From NCBI GenBank assembly GCA_010093705.1, contig MU006089.1, positions 2,281,561 through 2,345,560 of the forward strand: a DNA stretch of 64,000 nucleotides, given 5' to 3'. Below, piece by piece: positions 1 to 13,817 of this stretch; positions within the stretch are counted from its first letter, which is position 1, and each line of letters opens with the position of its first letter. Under the pieces are notes generated by a model, which was not told the DNA's origin, did not search any database, and was given only the letters and a program-made list of their open reading frames with translations. The stretch is from Patellaria atrata CBS 101060 (lineage: Eukaryota). Both the position numbers and the translations under genes were made by a program.

Positions 1-578
1 GTTTGTCGAACGTGTCGAACGAGACGCGGGGTTGAAAGTTCCTAGTGATGTCAATCAGTCTGATTTTATAAACCCTTGAAAGCATAAAGCCACATCAAGG
101 CAGCAATAGACGAATCAGAGCCGGATAAGCAAGCAGATTGACGGTTGATCACAACGTACTCGGACATCACCAAGGGAGTATGTTACAAGTCATGGGGTGA
201 GACGATCTAGTCTGAGACCTTAAAGCAAGAAAGTCCGATACGTGAGTTATATTGTAAATCCAATGCCTTCACACTGGAGAGATTGCAAAACTTAGAAAGT
301 TTATATACTTACGGTGGAGGAGGAGGTGATGACATGCGTCTAGGTTTCCGGCCTTTACCCGCCTTCGGACTACCAGTTGGCAGAGAAGCCTGAGGCGGAA
401 GGAATTGAATCGATGGACGTCGTACATCTTGTGCATCGTGGTCCGCTCTCGAAGCCCCGAGAGCGAACGGACTCACAGTAGGTCGTGCAGGTGCATCGGG
501 AATGGTGGTCGGTGACGGCGACGACTCGGGTAGCGCAGAAGCCTTAGATGTGGGGGAGGGCGTGGGCGAAGAGTGCAT
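1..578 (-). CDS. Universal stress protein (Usp-domain) family protein, 5' part; the gene runs off the left edge
   Basis: ATG at 578 (MHSSPTPSP...RRMSSPPPP). Intron 312-42 has a GTAAGT donor and a TTGAC...CTAG acceptor, and splices in frame to P-NFQPRVSFDTFDK. I recognise the RVSFDTFD motif as preceding the Usp domain in fungal Usp proteins; the domain itself lies outside the window. Confidence 0.65.
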
Positions 579-1538
579 CTTTGGGCTCCGATTGGTATAC
601 CTGAGCGAAAGTTGGGGCAAATCTCCTCTGAAACTGTCAGAAGTAGTCAAGTAGAATCTGGGGCATCGAATCGATCGAACCCTCTGCGCGATACCCGCAG
701 CTTTGTGGGGTTAAAGTGCCAGCTGTGTGCCTTGCTCACACGACAACAACTGCAGGAAGATGTCTTAACAGACGGCCACGATGGCCCTGGAATCCTGCCG
801 TGCTGGATCGCTGCTGTTCGTGGGGGTTCGGCAAAGCCAAGAGTAAAGAATGTCACTTTGTCGTATGCGCTTCGTGCTCGGCACAGCTGCTATGGAATAT
901 TTCCTCTCGAAAGAATAAAGACCAATGTGCAACATTCAAGGGGTAATATGGATGCTATGAAGAATGGAGGAGGGGTCGAGATGTTACGGAATGTCTTGTC
1001 TACATCATCTCTGGTAGAGGAAAGAAGCATTCACGGGCTTGGCCTGTGATGCATTTGTGCATAGCTGCTACCTAGCCAAGAGGATGGCGCTCTATCGTCC
1101 CTCCTTTGAAAGAAAGTCGAGACTCTACGGTACGATGCTTTCATAATAATGAGAGAGGTTGGTGTTCGGGATGCAGCTACACAATTTCCTAGCCGCATGA
1201 GAATTGTCCAGCGTAAGGTATCTAGCTGTCACCAAACCATCGTGGGTGGTGCGTTCAAGAAGTAAACAGCTAAGCATTAGCAGCTAGGGGTCTTTTGTGG
1301 CGATTATTATTAGGAGCATTAACACGATCATTACATCTATCAACATAGTTTGTAGATATACCTTAGCAACTAAGGGCTAAATTTGAAGAGACCGAGTTGA
1401 CCGTGGACATTTTAAAACCCATCTATCCTTTCATTTTTTATCATGGCTAAGTATCTCCAGGTAAACCGTACGCGACTACGAAAGGAGTGGTGAAGATATA
1501 AGGTAGTAATAAATATGCCGCTAAAGCTCAAAGACGGC

Positions 1539-2981
1539 TTATGATAAGGACTTAAGCTCACCGTCCTTGAACTTGCCAGCATCCACCAGCCTCTTGACCT
1601 CCGTTGTGAATATCTCCTTGATATCAGCAACATCTTTCTTCCCGTTGAGTTTGCCAGTCAAAGCTGCTAGCTCGTCTACATCGAGCTTTGCAATAATGGC
1701 ATCTACATCGTTGAGAGCGGAATCTATTTGAGCCGGTGAGGCGGTCTCTGTCCCACAGAAATAGTTCCCATCCTTGGCAGCTCCACGGATTACTCTTTTA
1801 TTCTTCTTCGCCGCGTTCTTCGCCGCCTCTTTAGCCTTCTTACTCTCGGCCTTTTCAGCTTTGTCGGCAGCATCCTTCTCCGCCTTTAGCCTTGCTTCCT
1901 CCTCCTTAGCTTTCGCTGCCTCCTCGGCCTGCCGTTTTGCTTCAGCTTCCCTCTCGAACCGTTTTTTGTTCTTCTGAGCATGCTCCTCCTGTCTGAATCT
2001 CTTGATACGCTCGTCTGAAGCAAGACAATCGTCAACCAGCTTCCGTAATCTGGCGTTGTCTTCGACTTTCTTCTTCTTTCGTGCGTTCGCATTCTTCCTC
2101 TCGATGTGACGTTTCTGATCGCGGCTCTCATTGTCATCCGGAACATCCTCGTCCTGGTATTCAAAGGTTCTCCAGCTATCAAAGTTGTACCAGAAATTGT
2201 AGAAGTGTTCAACCTCTTCCTTGGTGCTCTTGTCATTGCCTAACTGCGGTACCGGTTGTATCTTAGAAAACCGTGCCTCAGATTTGAAGACATTGCCCCA
2301 AAGCTTGTAGAAATCCTTGCCTTTAGCCTGCTTCTTAGACGGAGGGTCAACATCGGCGGCTTCGTCGACGGAGTCGAATTGACGGCGCTTCACCGGATCC
2401 AGGAGGATCTCAGTCGCTTTCTGTATGCACTTGAAGAACGAATCATCCTCGGTGTTTCCAGCGGCAGCTTTCTTATCGGGGTGATGACGCAACACTTTCT
2501 TGCGATGTGCCCGCTTAATCTGATCCTCAGTCGCACGGTGACGGTACTTGGACAAACCTAATACAGCGTAGTGATCTTGACCCTGTATGGATACACATTA
2601 GGAACCGAACAAATAGTTTAAATATTGTTTACTAACCTTCCAGTCTTTCGCGTCCCGTTGAAGCATCAATGGGTCTTCCGGTTCACTGATCTCCCCAGAA
2701 TCGTCATCCTCGACCTTCTTTACGTTTTCTTGAGCCTGAATGCGGTCGTCCTCGGAGAACGTACGCTTATGTCGCTTCTGCAGTTTGAAATAATTAGTCT
2801 TCTGCTATGTATTCTCTTGCTTTTAACATACTCTGCGTGCATGGGCCAGGAAATGAGGCCCAACCGGCTCGATATTGCGCTGGACAGGATCAGAAAGAGT
2901 ACCAATGGCCTTGAAATCCTTCTCAGCGGTCCAGCTGTCCGGTAGGACTGGTAGTGGAAGTTCTTTCACACCAGTAGCCAT
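1539..2981 (-). CDS. ZUO1: Zuotin, ribosome-associated J-domain co-chaperone (RAC)
   Basis: ATG 2981; introns 2831-2778 and 2636-2583. Spliced protein contains EPVGPHFLAHARR, QDHYAVLGL, J-domain HHPDKK, the zuotin homology region FYNFWYNFDSWRTFEY and a charged C-terminal helix. Stop at 1539. Confidence 0.96.
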
Positions 2982-3223
2982 TTTGTATTCCCAAGTATTT
3001 GGATTCGATCACTAATGCTCCATGTCCATTACATACGGAACAATTTTTTCTTTCGAGGTTGCGGGCCACGCCGGCGGTCTTGGCGTGTTGGCCTCACGTC
3101 CAAACGTGCTGATGCTCTTGTCACGCAGAATATCCCTAACATTCAAACCTTACCTACCTTTAGGTTATGACTGTTTTCTTCGATGCATTATTACAGCTAA
3201 TATAAAAAGACCTAAAGGTCAAC

Positions 3224-6200
3224 ATGTTTCAGGTAAGTCGACTTATGTATCTATGATAGTCCTCTCTCTAATGAAACATAGCGCCTCAAAGGTGCAATAG
3301 ACTCCCGCATAGCAGAGGAGCAAGCACGCCAAAGGGCGACATCAGCTCAACAATCACCTTCGCGTTCTTCTTCCAAACGGTCAACTTCCCGAGCAATCTC
3401 GCCTTCGAAACGACAAGCGAGGACAAGAAGCCAGAGTGATGTCGACAGAATACCTGGAAGAGGCCCTGATCCGGCCGACTTTGTGATAGGAGAGGACGAG
3501 GAGCTTAGTCGAGCTGGGACCCCTAGACCAGAAAAGCAGGATGTTGAAGGTTTAGGCAAAGATGCTATTTCCTCCCAGCGTGAGGGTCAGGATGCTGGAG
3601 AAACAGGCGAGAAGGAAGCGAAGAAAAGCTCCACGGACCATAAACCAACCCAGCAGGAGCTTCCCACAGATGTACGAGTGAAACTACGCAAATTAGAAAA
3701 GTTGGAATCAAAATATTCCGGTTAGCGGTTTCCATAATCCTTTGCGATTCTTAGCTCATTGTGTCACTATAGAACTCTTACGATCTTACCGGATCGCACA
3801 TGCTAGGCTTGGTACAGTGGAACCCTTCGAAGCAACTCTTCGCGAGAATACACCTCTTACCTCAATCAACGACCCTGGAGCTTTCGTGGAATATCTCAAC
3901 CAAATCAACATGAAGAGCGATATGGTTATGGATGAGCTCAAGCGAGTTTCCGCTGAGAAGGATTCCATGAAATCAAAGCTTCAGCAGTCTGAAGATTATG
4001 CAAAGCAAACCAGAGAGGAGTTAGAGAAACTTCGTTATACTCAGGACGCAGCTAAAGTTGATAGACCAGCGGTTCCTTCGGAAGAGGCGCCAACCAGTAC
4101 AAGTAGGGATGACGCAAAGGACGGTCCAGAGGAATTCTTTTCCTATGACAATGAACTACCACGAGTACAAAACGAACTGCAACAGCGGGAATCACAGGTC
4201 CAAGAGCTAGAAAAGGAGAACCAAACGCTCAAAGACGATCTTGCTGGGGCCAGAGAGAATGCAGAACAACTGATGCAGAACCTTGAGACTGCAACAAGGG
4301 ATCTCCAGACTTTCAAGGAGACTAAAGATCGTTCCGAGGCGGAGATTCGGAATCGATGTGATAGCTTTGAGAGTAAGACTTCTGAGCTAAAGTCACGGAT
4401 AAACGATGCCGAACTACAAATTCAAAAGTATAAAGTGGAGAAATCAGAGTATGAAAAGACCATTACCTCGCTTAAAGCTGATGCGGACACTGCTCGTCGG
4501 GAGTTGGAACAGGTAAAGGCTGACCATAAGACGGAATCGGAAGCCATTAAAGAGTTGGAGAAGCGAATTGAGGACCTGAAGTCACGAGGCTCCCATCTTG
4601 AAAAAGCGCTTAGTGAAGCGGAAGATACCAGGATTAACAATGAAAAGCGCATCAAGACCTTGGAAAGTCTTACAACTACTTTGAGGAACCAGATCAAAGT
4701 TCTGGAGACAGAGAAAGACGGAGCGATTTCTGAAAAGAAAGCGTTAGATGAGAAGTTAGACCAATTAACGCAAGCTCAAGAGGAGAGTAATAAAGAAAAC
4801 TCGAGAGGAAAACCATCCGAGCCGGTAGCATCAAGGCCACCAACCCCAACTACAACTAATTTAGGCACTTCAGCAGCCAAGAAGAAGAACAAGAAGAAAA
4901 AGAAGGGTGGAAAACCAACAGCCGGGGTTGAAGAGAAAGAAGATGCGGACCTTGCGAGGGAACCGACAGTCACTAACGGCTCTTCCATCGATGACGCGAA
5001 AGCTGAAATCCTTGAAGAATTGGAGCAAGTTCGGGCTACGATCGCGGAGAAAGATGCGGCAATTGAACGTCTGCATAACAAACTTAGGGATCAAGATGCT
5101 TTGAATGAGGAAATTGAGACCCTCCGAGACGAGGTAATTAATTCGGGCTCAGAACTCGTTGACTCCCGTGACGAGGTCAAAAAGCTACTGGAGGAAAAAG
5201 CTACCTTACAAGGAAATATCCATAAGCTTAAATCAGAGCTTAGCATTCTGCAGTCAACTCACAACACCTCTAACGAAAATTCGGAGAAAGCGTTGAAGGC
5301 ATTACAGGCGGATTTTGAAGAGTTAAGGTCTCGTTCTAAGTCATTAGAAACCGATCTCTCAGCGGAGCGACAGTTAGCTGCTTCTAGGTTTAAGGACCTC
5401 ACGGATATTAGGGAGATTTATCAGAAAGCACAGCCTGAGCTGACTTCTCTCCGGAATGAGGTCACTGAACTGCGAAGTGCAAAGGATGACCTTGTGTTTA
5501 AATCTGCGGAGGTACGAAAGCTCGAAGCTCGGGAAAAGGATTTGAAGGCCGAGATATCCGGACAAAAATCTCAGATTACTGAGAAAGATTCAGAGATACG
5601 TCTACTCAACGACAAGATCAAGCAGGATATGAATCAACGTTTGAGCCTCGAGGATACAAATCGCAAGGTGCAAAGGGACCTGCAACGATCAGAAAGCGAG
5701 CGCAAGGATCTTACAGAAACCAAGGATAGAGTCTCTAAGGATCTCACTAAAGCGCAAGATGAACTCAAATCCGCTCGCGTAAAACTTCAAGATCTCGAAC
5801 GGCAAGTCGATAAGTTGACTAAAGACTCCGACAGTCTACGTGAGGAGATCCAACTGAAGAGCGCCCAATATGCCAGCGCTCACGAGCTCATGAACAGCAT
5901 GCAAGATCAGACTCAAGAGCTAGGAACGCAGATGAAGGAAGTTCGCGGAAGATGCGAAAGCCTAGAGGAGGAACTTGCAGACGCCCATAGGCTACTGGGC
6001 GAGCGTGGCCGAGAGGCGGAAACCATGCGGAGGCTTCTAGCTGACGTAGAAGGTAGAGCAGAGTCAAGAGTACGGGAGATGCGAGAACGTATGGATGCTG
6101 CAATTGAGGAGCGCGATAGAGCAGAGGACCAAGCAAATACGATCAGTCGCCGACGAGCTAAAGAGCTAGATGAGATAAAGCACAAAGTGCGAGATGCAGA

Positions 6201-6905
6201 GAGAAATTTAGCAAAAGCTCTAGAGGATAAGGAAGAGCTTGCTGCACTTGAGAGCGAACTAAGAAAACAAAAGGAGAACCTTCGTCTCAAGGCTGCACAA
6301 GCTGGTGAGGAGGTTGTAGAGGTGCGACAGGCTATGAGCCAACTCCGGGACGCTCTAGATGAAACCGAGAAGCAGAATACTACTTTAGAGAAAGAAAAGA
6401 CAGAATTTCGACGAGGGTTAGAAGAAACTCAGCAGCGGCTTGATAAATTACAAAAATCGAACAAGGTTTGTAGACATAATGTCGTGGATCATAATGTACT
6501 TTGGCTGATATTTAATTTACAGAGCATGTCGGACGAGATACGCTCATTACAGGCAAACAAAATTCGAGGGCTTGACACCAACGGACAATCTTCTCGCTCA
6601 TCTATTGAATCTTCTCCAGTTCGCGGTCGGGTAGCATCTCCCACTGCGTATGCAAGGTCGCCTTCGGTCACTACTGCTGATGGATCTAGCGGTCCTGGTC
6701 AGATGGATTATGTCTACCTCAAGAATGTGTTGCTACAGTTTCTCGAACAGAAAGATAAAAAGCATCAATTGCAGCTAGTCCCAGTTTTGGGCATGTTGTT
6801 GCACTTTGACCGGTACGTTTGCTCCCCGCTAGGGGGCCAAGAGTCCGCTAACATTCACGTAGAAAGGATGAACAAAAATGGATGGCAGCGATCACTACGC
6901 GATAG
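3224..6905 (+). CDS. IMH1: GRIP-domain golgin (Imh1-like), long coiled coil
   Basis: 9-nt first exon ATGTTTCAG|GTAAGT continues as RLKGAIDSRIAEEQARQ. About 1000 aa of coiled coil, then GRIP motif YLKNVLLQFLE...LVPVLGMLLHF. Further introns near 3721-3771, 6466-6522 and 6813-6862; stop TAG 6903-6905. Confidence 0.9.
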
Positions 6906-8582
6906 TCTCCTCATTGTTATGGTATCTTAGTTTAGGAATCGCAGATGACTCTCCCCTTGTGCAACGATGGTACTGGCCTCAATCCAATACCCTCCCCTAA
7001 AGAGAATCAGGCGGTTCTAGACGGAAGGTTATGACTAGGGATATTTTGAGACCTTTGAGGTCCTTCGTGAATAATGCTACTTGGGGGTAATTCAGGTTGG
7101 GATTTTTCTTTCTTATAGCGACGTTGCAGATAATGTAGAAGTTGCTACTATGGCGAGCTAGGGAGGGGGCTGTGGTGAACTTACAGAAGCAACTTGATGC
7201 TCTATCTCAAATCTGAAAGGTATTTGATTGGATATGTAGGGTTCTCCTGTACGCTGTTTCGCAGGCATTTACGGGAGTACCTTATTCCTTATGAAGAGTG
7301 TAATACTATGTACGCTACGAACGTGGCAAAGGTCAATGGAACTCCACCTATCTAGACAACCAGTCCAAATGACAAGAGGTAGCACAATGAAACGCAGTGC
7401 ATCGACGGGAACGAGGCAGGTTCGTCTTAAATTCCTGACGGTTATAGGACATTCGTAGTACTCTGTACACGGTACACTGCATACTGTCTAGTGGTAGACC
7501 TACTGGCCCATATCTTCCCCCTTGATATTAAAGCGGAATGTCTTGTAGTTCAAGATCAAGACGGATTCTCGTGGAAGGGAACAAGCGGGATACTGATCTT
7601 TTATAGCTATGGTGCTATAAGATGTTGCTTTTCAAATTTCGACAAGGCTGAAGAAATGCCCGGATATATTGAGTGATTTTGGTTTGAAGACGTAAAAGTG
7701 CAGATCTCGGCATCCTAAGTTCCATTTTAGAATTAAGACTAAGCAAGAACGAGGCCCCAAAAGCCGGTCGAAACAAGTCGTTCAGCGCCCATTGCGTCTT
7801 AAATAAGTGACCGCTTCCATAGGAAGGCCATCTATTGTGTTGCCCCCCGCCGTTTTGACGTCTTCCTGCTCACCACCTTTTGGCCCGTCCATTCTCACCA
7901 TTTGCCTATTTTCCTTTTCTCTTCTGTGACGCTGTTTCGGATCTTCTGTGCCTTGTTTTATGCTTGTCAAGCAATGAAGTGGCTGGCTTAAGGTACGTTA
8001 CAGTACAGTTGATTACCGAAAGCCCCCCAAATTTCAACCCACTCGATCAACGACACAACTTTCCCCGATAATTTTCCCCAAGAATCGGTCATGCAACTTT
8101 GCATCCCTAAACTTCAGCTTTTACACATCGCCGCTTACGTTGATCTAATATCGTCACTTTCACAAAAGTTAACCCCCCCGAACTACTTCAACTACCCTTC
8201 GGTATATCAGAACAACCCGTGCGTGAACGGTCGAGGCTTGTATCTACCTTCTACCCCAGAGTTGCAAGCCAACAGGGCCAAGGTGCAGTTGCAAGCCCAA
8301 ATTCGAGCCCCTCCATCGCCAATCACGAAGGCACAGGCCGTTGCCAGCCAGCACTCACCTCACCGTTTGCGCGCCTACAGATGATCACCAACAATTAAGA
8401 ATTCACTTCACTCCTTCTCTATTTCTCCTTCACCCACCTGCTTTCCCCTTCTGGCACGGGCGTCATCGTTCCATGATTCTTCCTAGACCACTACCGATCT
8501 TCAGATCGTCTATCTCGTAGTTGCCCGCACAAGAGTTTCTACAGGTCCCCTCTCGGTCAATAAACTAGTCGCGAGAGTCAAG

Positions 8583-10659
<2,077 letters not shown>

Positions 10660-11469
10660 AGGGAACGCCTCAGGGCTTTCATTTCCTATCTTTTGATCTG
10701 TAGATCCAGTGATCAGCTTGTGCCTTTACGGCTAATGATGGGTTCCGTGTGTGCAATGACGGCGTATGTAAGGATATTTGAGCATTGCTTGTTTCTCCTT
10801 ACTACTCTTTCCTTTTGTTTGTGGATTAGCCGGTGAGATTCCTTATCGGCTCGTCGGACGAATCTCCGGATATCAGCCCGCATGACTCTACGGCACGATA
10901 CGACTATTTGCACCCTATCCGTCGACTTGGGAGGAGGTAGGGAAAATCAAGGTGAACGACTACCTGTCTATTAGGTTAGTCTGCTCTGGATATGTTCTAT
11001 CGGGCGTCGGATAGAGGTGTAATTGAAAGCGTGACTTTATGTATACAGAACACTATGGAAGTTTATATAAAAACAATGGGTATGCCAATACGCCTTACCA
11101 AAGTTCCTATCATGAGCTCACAACCCTTCAATATTTAATATCATCGGGGGACGTTGAAAAATAAGAGTTGCCCTCAACGCGGGAGATTCTCGGCTTTAGA
11201 ATAAGAGCCGAAGTCGTGATCCGACACCACAACTCCCGAACTCTCGACGACATGTCTCCAAGGGTAGAGAGGAGGAGGCTTTCTGGCAGCGGTGGAGCTC
11301 TTTTCTTTGTACATATACCTTGAATGTTATATCAGTTCCCTCTTAAGGGTTTTCTCTATTTTCTCAATACCTCTACCTTGAGATTTCTCTTGTTAAAAAA
11401 CTAAACTTTACTCTAGGAAACACGTAGTTAGCACGGAGTACTGACGTATACGGGAGCGCTATCACCGCG

Positions 11470-12867
11470 ATGGCCGGGTACCTCCACAAAGGCCTCAAAA
11501 ACATCATCCAAAAGCACCCAAATGATATCGTCTTTCTCTCCGCACTTCGAACTCCCTTCACTCGCGCAAAGAAAGGTCCGCTACGGGACACCTATGACCA
11601 TGAGCTACTTTCCACTGTACTCACCCCTCTCCACTGAACCCCCTACCTCCCCTCTACTACAACATCAACAGTCCCATATAACAATTCCCCCAGGTCCTCA
11701 AAGCAACCCTAGCCGCCCATCCCAACCTTCCCCCCTCCAGCATCCAAGATATCAGCATAGGCAATGTCCTATCCGAACTCGGGGGTTCCAAAGCTGGCCG
11801 CATGGCCGCCCTACACGCCGGATTCCCCGCTTCCACATCTTTCAGCACCGCCAACCGCGCCTGTGCCTCCGGCCTCGCGGCCATAACATCTATCGCGCAC
11901 TCGATCGCAATCGGTGCCATCGACGTCGGCATCGGCGGGGGCATGGAGAGTATGTCCCGCAACTACTCAACACGGGCAATTCCCCAGCAGCTCTGGGGGC
12001 GTCTTCGGAACTCCGAGGTCAAAGACGCACGGGACTGCATCATGCCGATGGGATTAACCGCAGAGAACGTAGCTGAACGGTACGGCGTCAGCCGCGCAGA
12101 GCAGGACGAGTTCGCCGCAGAGTCGCAACGACGCGCCGTTCAGGCCTCGTCGGCCGGCTGGTTCGACGCCGAAATAGTCCCCGTGACCACGGAGTGGATA
12201 CCGGACCCGAGCGTCCCGGACCAGCGCGAGACCATCACCGTCGCCCGCGACGACGGGATTCGGTCTAATACCACAGTCGAGAAGCTGGCGAGCATGAAAC
12301 CCGCCTTCAAAGACGACGGGACATGCACGGCGGGCAATTCGTCCCAGGTCTCCGACGGCGCCGGGGCCGTCCTCCTCGCTCGTCGCTCCATCGCCCACGA
12401 GTACGGCCTCGGATCCCGCATCATCGGCAAATGGGCCGGCTCGCAAGTCGTCGGCTGCGCGCCCGACGAGATGGGGATAGGACCTACTCTTGCTGTGCCT
12501 GCACTGCTTGAGTTCACGGGCGTGAGGAAAGGGGAGGTGCATGTGTGGGAGCTCAACGAGGCGTTTGCGGCGCAGGCGGTTTATTGCGTCAGGAAGCTGG
12601 GTTTGGAGAGGGAGAGGGTGAATCCGCGGGGTGGTGCCATCGCGTTGGGGCATCCGTTGGGCGCGACGGGTGTGCGGCTTGTTGCCAGTTTGTTGGGGGA
12701 ACTGGGGAGGCATGGGGAGGAGGTCGGGGTTGCGAGTTTGTGTATTGGGACGGTGAGTGGGATTTCTTTTCTTTTTCTCTTTACTTTTGTTTCAGGTGTG
12801 GTTTGTGTGGTTTGTGCTGACTTTACCATAGGGTATGGGGATGGCGAGCTTGATTATCAGGGAATAG
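11470..12867 (+). CDS. 3-ketoacyl-CoA thiolase (thiolase I family)
   Basis: ATG 11470 (MAGYLHKGLKNIIQKHPNDIVFLSALRTP); introns 11617-11693 and 12753-12831. Catalytic motifs NRACASGL, NEAF, GHPLG and CIGT|GMG; stop TAG ends at 12867. Confidence 0.93.
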
Positions 12868-13817
12868 GGTCCGATCTCGAGGTTTTACAGAGGAAGAAGA
12901 CATTGTAAGATTCATACAATGGGGCGTGCAAATGATGGTTTAGAGCAAATCTTTGCATGGGATTTTCCAAACTGTCTCCCTTGCAGCGTACAGGTTCACG
13001 ACGTGTACTTCTAGAACTAAATTCTGAAAAAGGAAAGAGCGTACAGTAACCCTAAGGTCTCAACCGGAGAGACGATGATGTACGGTCTTAGTTCGTGTAT
13101 GTATGGATTTAGATCTATGAGTCATTTATAAAGATGATGCGAATGGTGCTGCAGCGCAATTTGGCTTTGAATCTGTCCGCATGCGGATTTTCCACGCGGT
13201 GAATAAGTACCTGAAATATTTATTTTGGATGAAATTCGAGCACAATAGGACGTTATCGCTAACTCGAGAGAGAAACGCTAGGGATTAGGTCAATACATGT
13301 TTAATTATGTCTGTGTTCTACCGATGTACCGTTCACGTAAGGAAGGGTGCAATGGGTCTATAGATGAAATTCCCTAACAGGCTCGTATCCATTGGCACCA
13401 AAGTTTGCTGTACAGTACATGCGTTTTAAGTATTACGCTATGATTCGGAAAGATTACATAGAAAGTTAACTAGTTAATCGCAGGGTCTGATCAATGGTAT
13501 ATGTTGTGAAATCAGACGTCCGAGAAGTAGTCGTACAATTATAGTGACATTGAACGAGGGTTTGCCACAAACTGTGGACGAAATTCAATCTCTCCAAAAA
13601 AAAAAACCCCTCATACAAGTAGTGTTGAATATCACACATTGATCCAAACCCACCGAACTGGAATTATTTGATCGCCGCCGTCATAAGTGGACTTTTAAAC
13701 CGCGTAAAACTGAAATGCTTTTGCAATGACTTATAACCACAATGTGAAAAGGAAAAAAATAATAAGAATAACAGTGAAGCAGCAGTTTAAATTTGTTCCT
13801 CATGTAGAAGTCCGAAC

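Noticed and set aside
190..225. GGGGTG...CTGAGA resembling the start of a TPP riboswitch in the USP intron
   Set aside because: It is on the non-transcribed strand and lacks the downstream TGATC-GGATAATACC-GCG core.
573..1049. 158-aa + strand ORF upstream of the USP gene
   Set aside because: GTG start, no recognisable motif, and it lies antisense to the USP leader/promoter; probably a chance ORF.
12054..12829. Long antisense and alternative-frame ORFs over the thiolase (likewise 29982-30550, 31359-32018, 34748-35254, 35799-36410, 56732-57554)
   Set aside because: Shadow ORFs caused by stop-codon depletion in the GC-rich islands; they overlap well-supported genes and show no motifs.
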